A stretch of DNA of 64,000 nucleotides, from contig NC_045707.1 of assembly GCF_009834535.1 (NCBI RefSeq), positions 62,870,001-62,934,000 on the forward strand, read 5' to 3'. The notes beneath the pieces were generated by a model. It was not told the DNA's origin and ran no database searches. It was given only the letters and a program-made list of their open reading frames with translations. Source of the stretch: Camelus ferus. Taxonomy: Eukaryota. Position numbers and translations under genes: made by a program. Shown piece after piece: positions 52,568 to 64,000 of this stretch; positions within the stretch are counted from its first letter, which is position 1; the number at the start of each line of letters is the position of its first letter.

Positions 52568-52789
52568 CCATTATATGTAATACTAAATTAAAAATTTAAA
52601 GAAAATTCATAACTAATAAAGAAATCATGTTAAAGAATGAAATGAGAAAGCCTAAACAGTAAGTCTACATCAATAGGACAGGGTACGCTTTGTGACTTGG
52701 GTTTTCCTGCATAGGACTTCACTTAATCATTATAATTAGCAATAATCATGCCTTGGATAAACCTGATGGGCTACAGTACTGCCACAGTG

Positions 52790-53172
52790 TAAAGCTTGTC
52801 CTTATTCACTTTAGAATGAAACCTCTTCTGCTTCAAGTTGTGGTTGAGTTGCCCACCTATATATAATAGTTCCCAAACCATTTGACCAATAGGATAGGAG
52901 CAAGTTTCAGGTCACAGTCTTAAAAGGAAGCTACTTACCCTCCACGTATTCACTTATTCTTTCCCCCTTTCCCAGCCTAGAAAGTACCAACAACTGAAGC
53001 AGTCACCTTGAATCCAGGGATGGAATCTATGCTGATGATGGAAAAGCAACTCTTCCAAAGCCCATTATGTAGCATCTTAGAACTGTATGCAGAAGAGATA
53101 AAAACCTTCTGTTATGTCTAAGTAACCGCCGGTTGGTCTTTCACAGTACTTGGATCAATATTTAACTAATAC
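52790..53172 (+). mobile_element. MLT1J-like MaLR LTR
   Basis: 'tgaccaataggataggagcaag', 'gcagtcaccttgaatcca', 'gagataaaaaccttctgttatgtctaag', terminal 'taactaataca'. Confidence 0.7.
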
Positions 53173-53986
53173 AGGACTTAATATAAAAAATTGTTTTTTT
53201 TTCTGAGCAAAAGCCAACCTCTTACAGGATACCTGTGCAACTGAGGATCTTGCTCTGCCTGCCGAGTAAGAACTAAAAAACAATGGAATTATTACAAAAG
53301 AACAGAAGGAAAAGATAGCTGTATTTAACTTTAGAAAAGTAAATAATCTTAACTTTTTGAAAAATTAATTGGGAATGATTTAAAATTTTCACAGGTATGA
53401 AATCAAATTTATTTGCAAAATGTTTTTGCATGAAGTGAGCGAGGATCTTTTAAGTCTGCACATTTTAGTTTTGCTTTTATTCAACTAAATGCAGCAGGTG
53501 AACCCTTCAGTCTCCTTTTTGAATTGCCCTATTTCTGTGAATGAGCTCATCATTTTCCTCAACTCCACAGCATCATGTCAGACTTCACTCCTCCCTTTTC
53601 TGACATATTCTTAGTCTCTTGTTCCTTTGTTGTAGAGTCTCCCATAAGAAATCCTTCTCTTTCACTTCACTGCTCTATGCAAATCTTTACCTACTTCTTC
53701 CAGGGTTCTTGAAACCCTCTAAGAGGCCCTTACGCCAGCTGTCTCTAACCCCCTGTCTTTTTTCTTCTACCAGTTCAAAACTTAATGGGACTTTTTTTTT
53801 TTAATATTGTCATTGTACAAATTATTCCCTTCATCAAATACTTTCCAAATTTCTTAAACATTTTATTGTTTAAGCTCCATCCATTATTATTTCCTGAATG
53901 CAAAACATGTAGTCACACCTCCATTTGCTCAGTCCAGATACTCTGCCTGAAAATCCTTTTTGATGCAAAGTCTCCCAAGGCCTACT

Positions 53987-54691
53987 GTTTTTTAAAAATT
54001 GAAGTATAGTTGATTTACAGTACTATATTTGTTTCAGGTTTACAGCATAGTGATCCAGTATTTTCACAGATTATACTTCATTAAAAGTTATTACAAAATA
54101 ATGACTACAATTCCCTGTGCTGTACAATATATCTTTGTTGCTTATCTATTTTATTTATAGTAATTTGTGTCTCTTAATCCAGTACCCTTATTTTGCACCC
54201 CACCTTCCCTCTCCCTTTTGGTAATCACTAGTTTGTTTTCAATATCTGTAGGTCTGTTTCTGCTTTGTATATATATTAATTGTATTATTTTTTAAAATTC
54301 CACATATACATGATATCACACAGTGTTTGTCTTTGCCTAACTTATTTCACTAAGCATAATATTCTCTAGGTCCATTCATATTGTTGCAAACAGGAAAATT
54401 TCTTTCTTTTTTATGGCTGAGTAATATTCATATATATCTCACATCTTCTTTATCCATTCATCTGTTGATGGGCATCTGGGTTGCTTTCATATCTTGGCTA
54501 TTGTAAATAGTGCTGCTATGAAACATTGGAGTGTGGGAATCTTTTCAGACAAGTGTTTTCATTTTTTTCTGGATATATACCCAGGAGTAGAATTGCTGGG
54601 TCATATGGTAGTTTCGTGTTTATGTTTTCTAGGAACCTCCATACTGTTTTCCACAGTGGTTGCACCAGTTTACATTCCCACCAATAGTATA
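53987..54691 (-). mobile_element. 5'-truncated L1 (artiodactyl-type) with TSD, inserted into an L2
   Basis: 'aattgaagtatagttgatttaca...ttccacagtggttgcaccagtttacattcccacca'; TSD ccaaggcctactgtt (53975-53989) / ccaagacctattctt (54692-54706). Confidence 0.92.
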
Positions 54692-56038
54692 CCAAGACCT
54701 ATTCTTCCTCCAACGCTTACATCACACCCTGCTCTTTTCATAAGGACTTCAGCTCTCCTAGGGGCTCAGCCTCTCTTCTGCATTCATAGTACTCTTATCC
54801 ACTGCAATCATCTGGCCCCTCTGCTCTATTTCATCCTTCAAGGGCCAGTAGAAGACACCAATCAATTGAAATACATATCTAATCTACAGTGCAGGAGGCA
54901 CTGTGCCTAATGGTGAGAATTCAAAGAAGAGATATGATAGCACTGACTTTGAAAGGCTTACAAACAACTCGGAAAGACCTATCATAAAAATTAAAAAAGG
55001 AAATTACAATACAGGATTATACAAAGCTCTTAGAGTTCAGAAGTTGGAGACACTTAGACGATTGTGGCTCTCACCCCAGCCCTTGGGATTTTATCATGTT
55101 ATTTGTCATTCTTCTCCCCCAAATTAATTAGTTTTAAAACTACCCTAAGAATTTATATTCAAACTTCTTTGAATTAATAAACCTTAAAGGATTAATAACA
55201 CCTATAACCTTTATGTTGAACAAACACAGCTCTCCTACTTTTCATTCAAATTGTATCTTTTTGGAAAAAGAAGATTTTTTTCATGTCTTTGAATGAAAAG
55301 TGTGATAATTCCATGCTTTCCTTTTTTTCCTTAAGTAATGAAATCCCACAATCACTTTAAATAACAAAAAGTTCTTAATTTGTTGATAAAAATATCCAAT
55401 CCCAAATAGGAATCCACATCCTAAACCTGAATTCAAGTTGAATCTCCTCTCTCACATACCACCGCGGGGTTCCTGGAAGCAGAATGTATGCAAATGGCGT
55501 GGGGCATAAGTGATCCTCTCTCCTCCCACACTTCATCCTACCGCTGCTCCCTCTCCGATCTTGGCAGCCAGAGTTTCTGAACCTGCCCACGTCAAGACTG
55601 AGCGGAGATGGATGGGGTGCTCTTTTGGTCAGGTGGACTTAGTGTGGACTTTCTTAATCCCTGCTACTCTTGTGGATTCTTTGGAAATCTTCCTTATTGA
55701 AGTTTCCTTGACCCACACAAATGCACTGTATGTTGGTGTTCGCTTACTCCCTTTCCAGCTTTTGGAAACGGATAGTCTATCTCTGGTTCCTCCTCCGCTG
55801 AGCCCAGTTCATCCACCTTGGACCATGTCTGCATAGAATACATGCTAGTCTTCCTTGCCCATCTCCTACATCTGCACAGTGGGGGGAAACATTCATTCTT
55901 TGATCAGACAAGTGATGAGTGTGCAGGCTAACCCCAGCCTAAGCAGGCCACTGGCTCATTTCTCATCCTCTGGGTTTCCCAGGCATGTGTGAGACACTGG
56001 TCAATTGTGTTGCCTTAATTCAGGATAGGAAGCTCTCC

Positions 56039-56215
56039 TAGGATTGTCAGATTTAGCAAATTACAGCAACCCAGTTCAACTTGAATTTCAGATAATCAAC
56101 AGATTTTTTTTAGTATAAGTATGTCCCCTGCAATATTTGGGACACGCTTTTTACTAAAAGACTATTCATTGTTTATCTGCAATAACAAGTCACCTTTTAG
56201 CTTGGGTGTCCAGGA
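56039..56215. mobile_element. MER53-like palindromic hAT MITE
   Basis: 'taggattgtcagatttagcaaat...ccagttcaacttgaatttcagataa...tttagtataagtatgtccc...gggacacgctttttactaaaa...ttcattgtttatctg' matches recalled MER53. Confidence 0.8.
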
Positions 56216-56349
56216 AACTCTGCTCTTAACAGATGTCACTCTCTTGGCCCTTTACTTTGGGGATGGTCACAAGAATCTCTCCGTTCATCTTTATACAAAG
56301 AAATACTTTTCACACTCCAGTCTTTGACACATTTTAAATAGTCAACTTT

Positions 56350-57000
56350 AGACATGATAACCTTTCTTAATATTTCTTTTGGAAATTTGCATCTTGATTT
56401 GGTAAGGATGCAAGGTCAAAAAGACTCGTGTATCGCTGGTAAAAATGTTCATTGTTACAACCATGTTTGTTTGCAACCTGACAAAATCCAGCAAAATAAA
56501 AACTACATACACACTTTGGAGATCTCTTTCTTGAGAATCATTATATATACATATATATAATATATATATTATATAGGTATAAAATGTTTCACACAAGTAT
56601 AAAATGTTTCATAACAAGAATATCCTAGCAGTATTGGTTCATAGAAGCAAAAAAGAAAAAAAAATCAGTAAAAATTTAAACCACCGTCAATAGAGGAATA
56701 ACTGAATAATTTATGGTACAAACCTCACTCTGAAATATTAAAAAGAATAAATTAGAACTATTTCAATTGATTTGAAGAGATTTCCATAAGGTATAGTTGA
56801 GTGGAAAAAAATTTTAATTCGTGAAAAAGCACATATTTCTGAAAATAAATGGATTACCACAATAGAAATCTCTATTCATAATTTTTCTTATAACTATAGA
56901 AAAATGGAGAAAATATGGAAAACTATAATTTTGTTTATGGCGGATCATGGGGAGTAAATATGTTAGGGTTGGAAGGTCTGATAGAAAGGAAGATTTTTTT
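56350..57000 (+). mobile_element. Old L1M fragment
   Basis: 'ttggtaaggatgcaagg', 'ctcgtgtatcgctggtaaaaatgt', 'tagcagtattggttcatagaagcaaaa', 'gatttccataaggtatagttgagtggaaaaa'. Confidence 0.65.
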
Positions 57001-57399
57001 TCCTAAAAATAAACTCTTTTCCAGTGTAAAAATTCTACTCTTAGAAGCTCTTTTACAAAATATTGATCCTTTCCATTAAACCAGACCTAGATCTAGCCTT
57101 TATTATTGATTTTAGCATACAACCTTTACCCTAAGGCTTCAGGCTGACTTTGTATAAGTAAATTGTTCAATCATTAAAATAGTTTAAATACCACAGACAG
57201 TAGCTTTAGTCATTTTATGGGCACATATGGTAACCAAAAAAAAAAAAAAAAAAAAAAAAACCAAAATTTTATTGAGAATCTTTAAAGTCACACGAGCTGA
57301 TTTTCAGAGAAACAATAGGAAATGGAGAAAATTTAAATGATCCAACAGGAACTGCCTCAGTTTGCTCCAACAAAATATCCAACTTGCAAAGCTGCTCCT

Positions 57400-58990
57400 G
57401 CAGCAAATAGCATCTTCTTTCCTCCGTAATCAGAAGAGACACCGTCTGTTCTACGCACAGCTTTTATCTGTGCTTTGAGATCCATTTACTCCCGTATTTT
57501 GAGCATGTTCTATTATTACTTACTGCTTCTAATCTCTAGTTATGAAGCCACCCTCTCAACCAAATCCCTCTCTTAAACATACAGTTACACAGAATCATCC
57601 TTCAACCCCAGATTTGCCTCCAGCTTATCACCATATTCTTCTTTACTTCGAATCTTCTTTTAGAAAGAAGTGTTCATAGTTTCCTCTCCTTTTTTTTCAG
57701 CTCAGCACTCCTCAGTCTATTCCAAACTGGCTTTCTCTCTCTTTTCTACAGCAAAAATTCTCTCTTCTACCGTGACAATCTCACCACTGACCTTTCATAT
57801 CATGGAATTCAATGGATATGTTTCTGTCCTCATCTTATTTGCTGTTTCCATAATATTTGACAGTGTAGACAACTCTTATTTCTATTGTCTCTGACATTTT
57901 CCTCCTCTTTTCTTGGTTTCTAGGACATCACCCTCTCTTGGTTCCCCAACTATATTTCTGTTCTCTTTTTAATCTCATTTATGGCCATTCTTCTAGTCCT
58001 GGCTGACTTAGTGTTGCAATTTCTCCAGACTCAGATATCCCTTCTTCTCTTTAACTCTCTCCCTAAACTTTCAGATCCATGGCCTTAATTGCCATCCATG
58101 TGCTGATGACGCCCACCTTTTCGTCTCTGTAGTTTCAGCCACACCTCTCCTCTGGGTCATACATCTAACTGCCTTCTCAACAGCTTTACTTGGATATCAA
58201 AAGCATTTCAAGCTCCTCGTATCGGTGATTGAGCACATTATCCTCCTTCAAAACTTTGGTTCTCTCCCACTATTAGAGCACAGAACCATCATCCTCTGAA
58301 GGCATAAACCAGAAACCTAGGCGTCATTCTTATTACTCCCTTCTCTTCTCTTTCTATACTTAACTGATCATTAAATCTTTTAAGTCAATCATCCAAATAT
58401 ATTTCAAACCTCTGCTTTATCACTATCTCCTCTGCAGTCAGCCCTTATCCAAGCTATTTTTCTTTTTTTCCTGGACACTATTTATAATAAATTAGAATAT
58501 ATATATATACACATATATATGTGTGTATACATATATGTGTGTGTGTATGTATATGTATATATATAAAATTTAACCTACAAACTGCTTTTTCTTTATCCTT
58601 TTTGGGTTTCCTCCCACCATTCTCCAAACAGTGATTTTCCCAATAACAAATTTGATCAGGACACTTTCTTCTTAAATCTCTTCAATGGCTTGGATTGCCC
58701 TGAGGTGCAAGACCAAGGTCCTTACCATTGCCTACAAGCCTAGTGTGATCTTGACTCTTGTCATCATCTTCAGTCTTACCCTTTTTATCTTCCTTTGCAA
58801 GGGAAATACTTTTAAATCTCCCAACCTAAGTGAAGTTGGTTTGTTTTCTCTTATGAAATTATACTTCCTTCCCTTCTGAGTACTTGCCTCAGTTTTTAAC
58901 TTAATACCTATTAATAACTCGCCCTTTCATTCTCGTCATTGCATTTCTGGCTCAAAGCCCTGAATATGGCACAGAATCAGTACCCAAAAA
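57400..58990 (+). mobile_element. Long L2 LINE remnant including reverse-transcriptase region
   Basis: ORF 57670-57894 FNGYVSVLILFAVSIIFDSVDNS resembles the L2/CR1 RT motif LILLDLSAAFDTVDH; 'tgtgctgatgac' (CADD, 58099-58110) is a decayed YADD; interrupted by a (TA/CA) repeat at ~58497-58565. Confidence 0.8.
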
Positions 58991-58999
58991 TAGACACAA

Positions 59000-59535
59000 A
59001 GAATTTAACCTTTGAGAGAACGAGCTCTAGAATCAGGCACACTAAATTCAAATTCGAATTCTTCCCTTGCTGGTTATGTAATCCGGGTGATTGATTTATC
59101 TCTTAGTTTCCTCATCCCTACTAAGGATGGTTATTAAAAATGTCAATAGTTAACATTCAGTAAGAATATTAATGACACTTAGCACTGGGCTAAGTGCTTT
59201 TATACGCATTATCTCACTTAAAATTAATACCATGAGGTAGGAATTAATATTATTCTTATTTTAGAGGTGAGGAAACAGAAAATTAAGAGGGTTAAGTAAC
59301 TTTCCCAAGGTCCTACAGGCAGTAAGTGGAAGAGTTATGAGTAAAACTTAGGTCTACTTGACACCAAAATACATGTTTTAAGCCTTGATTCTTTAGTCAT
59401 CCATCTCAGACTAAATCTAATGTGTGGCTCCACTCAGATTATACATACACTGCTCACCACAGTGTCTGACACGTAGTAAATCCTCCAGGAATAGTGCTTA
59501 TTGTTTCTCACTGTTTTTCTCACTGTTATTATTAT
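59000..59535. mobile_element. Nested MIRs: a minus-strand MIR (~59145-59395) inside a plus-strand MIR
   Basis: 'gagctctagaatcaggcacactaaattcaaattc...cttagtttcctcatc' (+), 'attttagaggtgaggaaacagaa...gttaagtaactttcccaaggtc' (-), 'cacagtgtctgacacgtagtaa' (+). Confidence 0.7.
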
Positions 59536-62500
59536 TATTAGCACAGGATAGATTCTCATTTCCCTAAATGATAAATTTATGTAATCTTAACAAGTCCCTG
59601 GTCAGTTCCGTCTGCTACAGAGCTGGTGACTTATATCCAAGAAGGTAAAGCTTTCTCCCCATTTGTCAAGATCCCTCCAAATTCTTTCACTTCTAAGAGG
59701 CCTTCCCAATACCTCCAAAGAGAGAAACTGACCCTCTTCTAAACTCAGTGCAATTTGAACCTCCACCAAGTGACAGAGTAATTAATCATAGGCCATCCAG
59801 AGTAAGTTCTTTTTAGTATTATTTATCTTACTTATCTTTAGTATTACTTATCTTATTTATCTTTAGAGGCTCTGTGGTCCTCCATCTGCATTAAAATATT
59901 ACTGAACTCCAGCCTTTTACTACTTTGTATTCCTTGGGCACCCAACCAAATGCTTTGCACACCATTAGTGAGGTAACAAATATTTGCTAACTGATTGATT
60001 GAAAAGAGACAGAAAACATCATAACCGAAAAGAATTCTTTATACCCTCTTCAGAGACCAAAATGTCAATGTTCAGATGTGAGTAAATCATGAGAAGGATG
60101 TTGTTAAGTTCAGAGAAAGTTCACTCAGAGCAATAGTTTCTTCAAAGGCGTCTCACCAGAGAGGCTAATTTTCTCACTAAGACTACTGATTTCCACAGAG
60201 ACGCTATCACAGCTTACAGCGAAATTTCTGTACATTTTAATTATGATATTTAATAGCGTGGTTCTTCATGGAGATTTAATTGACTGATTTTCCAAGGGCT
60301 ATTGGTATTATTTATATCTGTTCCAACTGTAATTATCCCCTGCACCCTAACATAATCAAAAAGATGAAGGTAAAACAATGAGTTAGGAACGTTAAAATAT
60401 CATAGAATAAACCCTACTCTTAGATGCTAAATAAAGATTCTGGAATACCTGGCACATTACTAGATAAGCACTAGATTTTTCTAACTGACATTAGTAAATA
60501 CGTAAACACACACAGCGCACCCATATTACTATGTCAATGAGGTTTTTCATTGTACCCTTTGACACACATATATTTCAATTTTTGTAGGTCTTATATGTCC
60601 CCATTGACCCTTCTCGTTGTAAAAACTGCTATCTTAACAGTAATCACTGTCAGGTTGATAGGTACCTGTTAATCCTATAAACCTACAAGGTTATTTGCAT
60701 ACTTTTGAGATAAACTTAAAATCTTATAATCAACACCAGGCTCCAATATTTCCTTATAATTGTGGTTTAGAGATAGAAATTATCTGGAAAGAGTAAGAGG
60801 AGGGGCGGATAGAATAAATGTGAAGATTGGTTTGAAGCTGCACTTACATGACAAGTATACTGATTTGCTTAGACGACGTGATTTCTTGGACTGTCTTTTG
60901 AGTGAACTGATGGAGAACATAGGTGGGGAAACGAAGTTGGAGAACATAGCTGGGGAGACTAGTACCTTACTTCTATGATGGCAAACCAGGAACACGCTGG
61001 CTAAATAATTGAGAGGGGTATTTGTGTGTTCTTATCTTGCTCAAGTCAGTTAAGCAAATAGAAATAACAATATTAACTTTCTGTTTAGGTATCATCTAAT
61101 TCACCAAAGCTTTCTTCTGAATTTTATTTGTCCTTTAAGAGCAGCCAAAGATAAGTTTATTTTGAACTATGGATATGTGTAAAAAGTCTGGGCTCCTGAA
61201 TTTTAGATAAGGAGCTTCCTCGCTGACTTTTGTCTGATATAGCAATATATTCTCTAGTCATTTTGCAAATATTTATTGACTAAGCATGAGAGGAGGGGGC
61301 AGGAAGGGTAAATACCTCCTTTCTGCAAGGCTTGTCTTTTAGAAGGTTAGCCAAAATAAGTTTAGAAACTTCTATTTTAGTCTTATTTTTGCCTCTTCTC
61401 ATGAAAACAAGGTTTCTCCAGAGATATTTTCAAACACACTGTTTAATCAAGGGAACTGTGAGATAAGGAAATCTGTTGAACCTCACAGAAACTAATAATA
61501 ATGGCTAACAGCTAAAACTCACATGGTTTTTTTTAACGGTACAGAAACGTTATATAATGGATGATGTGCAGCAGAGCCAACAGAGGTAGGTCATAATGAA
61601 GCAACAAGATGTCATTTGATCACGGACAACATAGTCACTTTGATTTGTAAACCATGTTGATGAATATCTTGTTCATCTTCATCATTTTTCAGATGAAACA
61701 ACTAAAACCCAGAAAGATCAAGTTGCTTCTCTAAAATAAACTAGCCATATATTAAATTATTCATCACGAAAATCAAAATTTCTTAATATGCTTCTCAACG
61801 CTTAATTCCACAGTTGTTTTCTCACCACCACCACCACCAACAACAAAAAAACCTTGTTATTCTTTAGTAATGTTATAAAGAAACATTAAATATTCAGATC
61901 TTAAAGAGAAGGCTCTGTCTTGCCTTTATTAACTAAATTTCATTTAAGGACTCACAGAGAAATTGAATCTGTCATAAAGTATTAGACAACCTACCAGCAA
62001 TTTCTGAAGTGTGTGTACATATTCTTAACTTCTATTTAACTTTTGAAGCAAAATCTGTAGAAAACCATGGGACGTTAACGCTATCTCAGGCAGTAATGTA
62101 AAAAATGGAATAGAGTCTTACAAAGCATACTCTCTAAATTATATTATAATAGAATTTAAATCTGTAAGATTTAATAGAGCCTAAATACTTTATTCTGGCT
62201 TAGAGCAGGTATTTGCTTAGAGGTATTCTATAGCATTTAGAGAACAAGCAGAGATAATTTTCAACTTCTGATAAAATGACACATCACAAACTCCCCCTCC
62301 TCCTCCAAAATCCTTACTGATATAAAATATCTAAAAATTGTGGTTATAACTGATATATTTTTTAGTACACAACTAAATCTGTGAAAAGGTGAGGGAACTC
62401 TCCAGGAACAAAACACCAAAAGAAGACGTAGAAAACCAGAGTGACACCTGAATGTGAAAGTGAATTACAGTTGAGGAAAAGGAGAAATGGAAAATAAGCA

Positions 62501-62933
62501 AAGAAGGAAAGAATGAAGGAAGAAGGAAAGAAGAAAGGAAGGAAGACATCAGATTACGATGTAGGGGTGCACAGAAAATTCAAAGAGTGAAGTGACAGAG
62601 AATGACTGGATGGCGACTTTAGATGGGACAGTCCTAAGTCTCAGTGTGCATGTTGACGTTTGCTGAGAAGTTAATAACATTAAAGGAGGTAGATATGCAA
62701 AAACCAGGGGAAAAAAGGATGCAGGCAGAGCAAATAATAGCAATATCGTTATCCATAATTCAGTCATTAAAGAGATCATAGAAGATTAACCAAAGAAAAA
62801 AGTTCAAAGTAAATTTTTAAGTTTAAAATCAGTTTTCAAAAATTAAAATATGTGTAGTTTGATGCATTTCTGTAGAGAAAGAGAACCATACAGAAACAAG
62901 AAAGAATTTGAGAGAATAGTGCTTTAAGTGAGA

Positions 62934-63932
62934 TGACATCTAACTAAAAAGCTTCTGCACAGTAAAAGAAACAATCAATAAAATATATGTGTATATATAC
63001 ATGACTGAGACATTGTTCTGTACACCAGAAACTGACACATTAAAACTGACTGTACTTCAATAAAAAAGCAATCAACAAAATGAAAAGGCAACCTACTGAA
63101 TGGGAGAAAATATTTGCAAATCATATGTTATATAATGGTTTATATCCAAACTATATAAAAAATGCATACAACTCAATAACAAAAAAAAAATCTAGTTTAA
63201 AAATGGGCAGAGGAACTGAATAGACATTTTTCCAAAGACATCCAAATGCTTAATAGGTACCTGTCATCCAAATGATGAAAAGTTCTCAACATCATTAATC
63301 ATCAGGGAAATGCAAACCAAAACTATAATGAGATATCACTTTACACATGTTAGAATGGCAATCATCAAGAAGTCTAGAGTTAAACATTGGTGAGGGTGTG
63401 TAGAAAAGGGAATATTTGCACACTGTTGGTGGGAATATAAATTGTTCCAGTCACAATGAAAAATAGCATAGCAGGTTCTTCAAAAAATTAAAAACAGAAC
63501 ACTATATGATCGGTAAGTCAGAGAAAGACAAATACCATCTGATACCACTTGTCCATGGCATCTAAAAAAGCCAAACTCATAGAAACAGAAAGAAGAATTG
63601 TGATTAACCAGGCACTCAGCGGTGGGGAATTGGGGGGAATGTTTTTAGGGTACACACTTCCATCTAGCGAATAAATAAGTTCTGGAGATCGAATGCACAG
63701 CATAGTGATTACGGTCAACAATACTGTATTACAAACTTCACAGTTGCTAAGAGACTAGATCTTAATTGTTTTTACAACAAAAAAAGAAATGATCGTTATG
63801 CGACATAATAGAGATGTCTGCTAATGCTAAAATGGCAATCCTATTGTAATAAGTAAATGCATCAAATCAACACGTTGTATACCTTAAATTTACATAGTGC
63901 CATATGTCAATCAATTACATCTCAGTAAAAAA
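62934..63932 (+). mobile_element. L1MA-type LINE 3' portion with internal deletion and a nested short L1 tip
   Basis: 'catctaactaaaaagcttctgcacag', 'gcaacctactgaatgggagaaaatatttgcaaatcata', 3'UTR 'gttgctaagagactagatcttaattg...tcaattacatctcagtaaaaaa'. Confidence 0.92.
62985..63067 (+). mobile_element. Very short young L1 3' tip nested in an older L1
   Basis: 'tatacatgactgagacattgttctgtacaccagaaactgacaca...gactgtacttcaataaaaaa' flanked by duplicated host sequence aaacaatcaataaaat (62969-62984) / aagcaatcaacaaaat (63066-63081). Confidence 0.8.
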
Positions 63933-64000
63933 TTGGTTCTATCTGGGATGGAATTATGGGTAATGTTTATATCACTTTTTTTATTTGTATTTGTTAAATT

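Noticed and set aside
54494..54910. Longest ORF in the window (138 aa)
   Set aside because: Antisense reading of an L1 3' region running into L2; no protein family signal.
59808..59866. Short tandem units as a CRISPR-like array
   Set aside because: AT-rich slippage duplication without unique spacers, in eukaryotic DNA.
1..64000. Naming a host gene or a CpG-island promoter
   Set aside because: No exon translates to a protein I recognise and there is no CpG island; naming the locus needs a BLAT/synteny search.

Overview
Mammalian, AT-rich, CpG-depleted genomic DNA, most likely from a camelid (camel/alpaca/llama group): five copies of a tRNA-derived SINE match what I recall as the camelid vic-1 SINE. 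I cannot support any intact protein-coding gene, functional tRNA, rRNA or CRISPR array. The ORF track is chance ORFs plus decayed L1 ORF2, L2 reverse transcriptase and ERVL pol remnants. Much of the window is a mosaic of old eutherian repeats (MIR, L2, L1M, MLT1/MLT2, LTR16-like, MER5A, MER58A, MER53) with younger L1 3' ends and SINEs, several retaining target-site duplications (TSDs). The best-supported compound element is a degraded ERVL provirus (pol tether/RNase H, integrase, dUTPase; ~36.4-40.3 kb) split by a 1.8 kb L1. Repeat-poor blocks (notably ~27.5-35 kb) carry motif clusters that look like enhancers. Three weak plus-strand exon/promoter candidates (~6.09, ~9.17 and ~50.25 kb) suggest the intron or alternative-promoter region of a large gene or lncRNA that I cannot name. 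Repeat family names come from recall of consensus sequences, not a database search, and boundaries are approximate. I found no convincing evidence of a novel biological system; the leads below are hypotheses.
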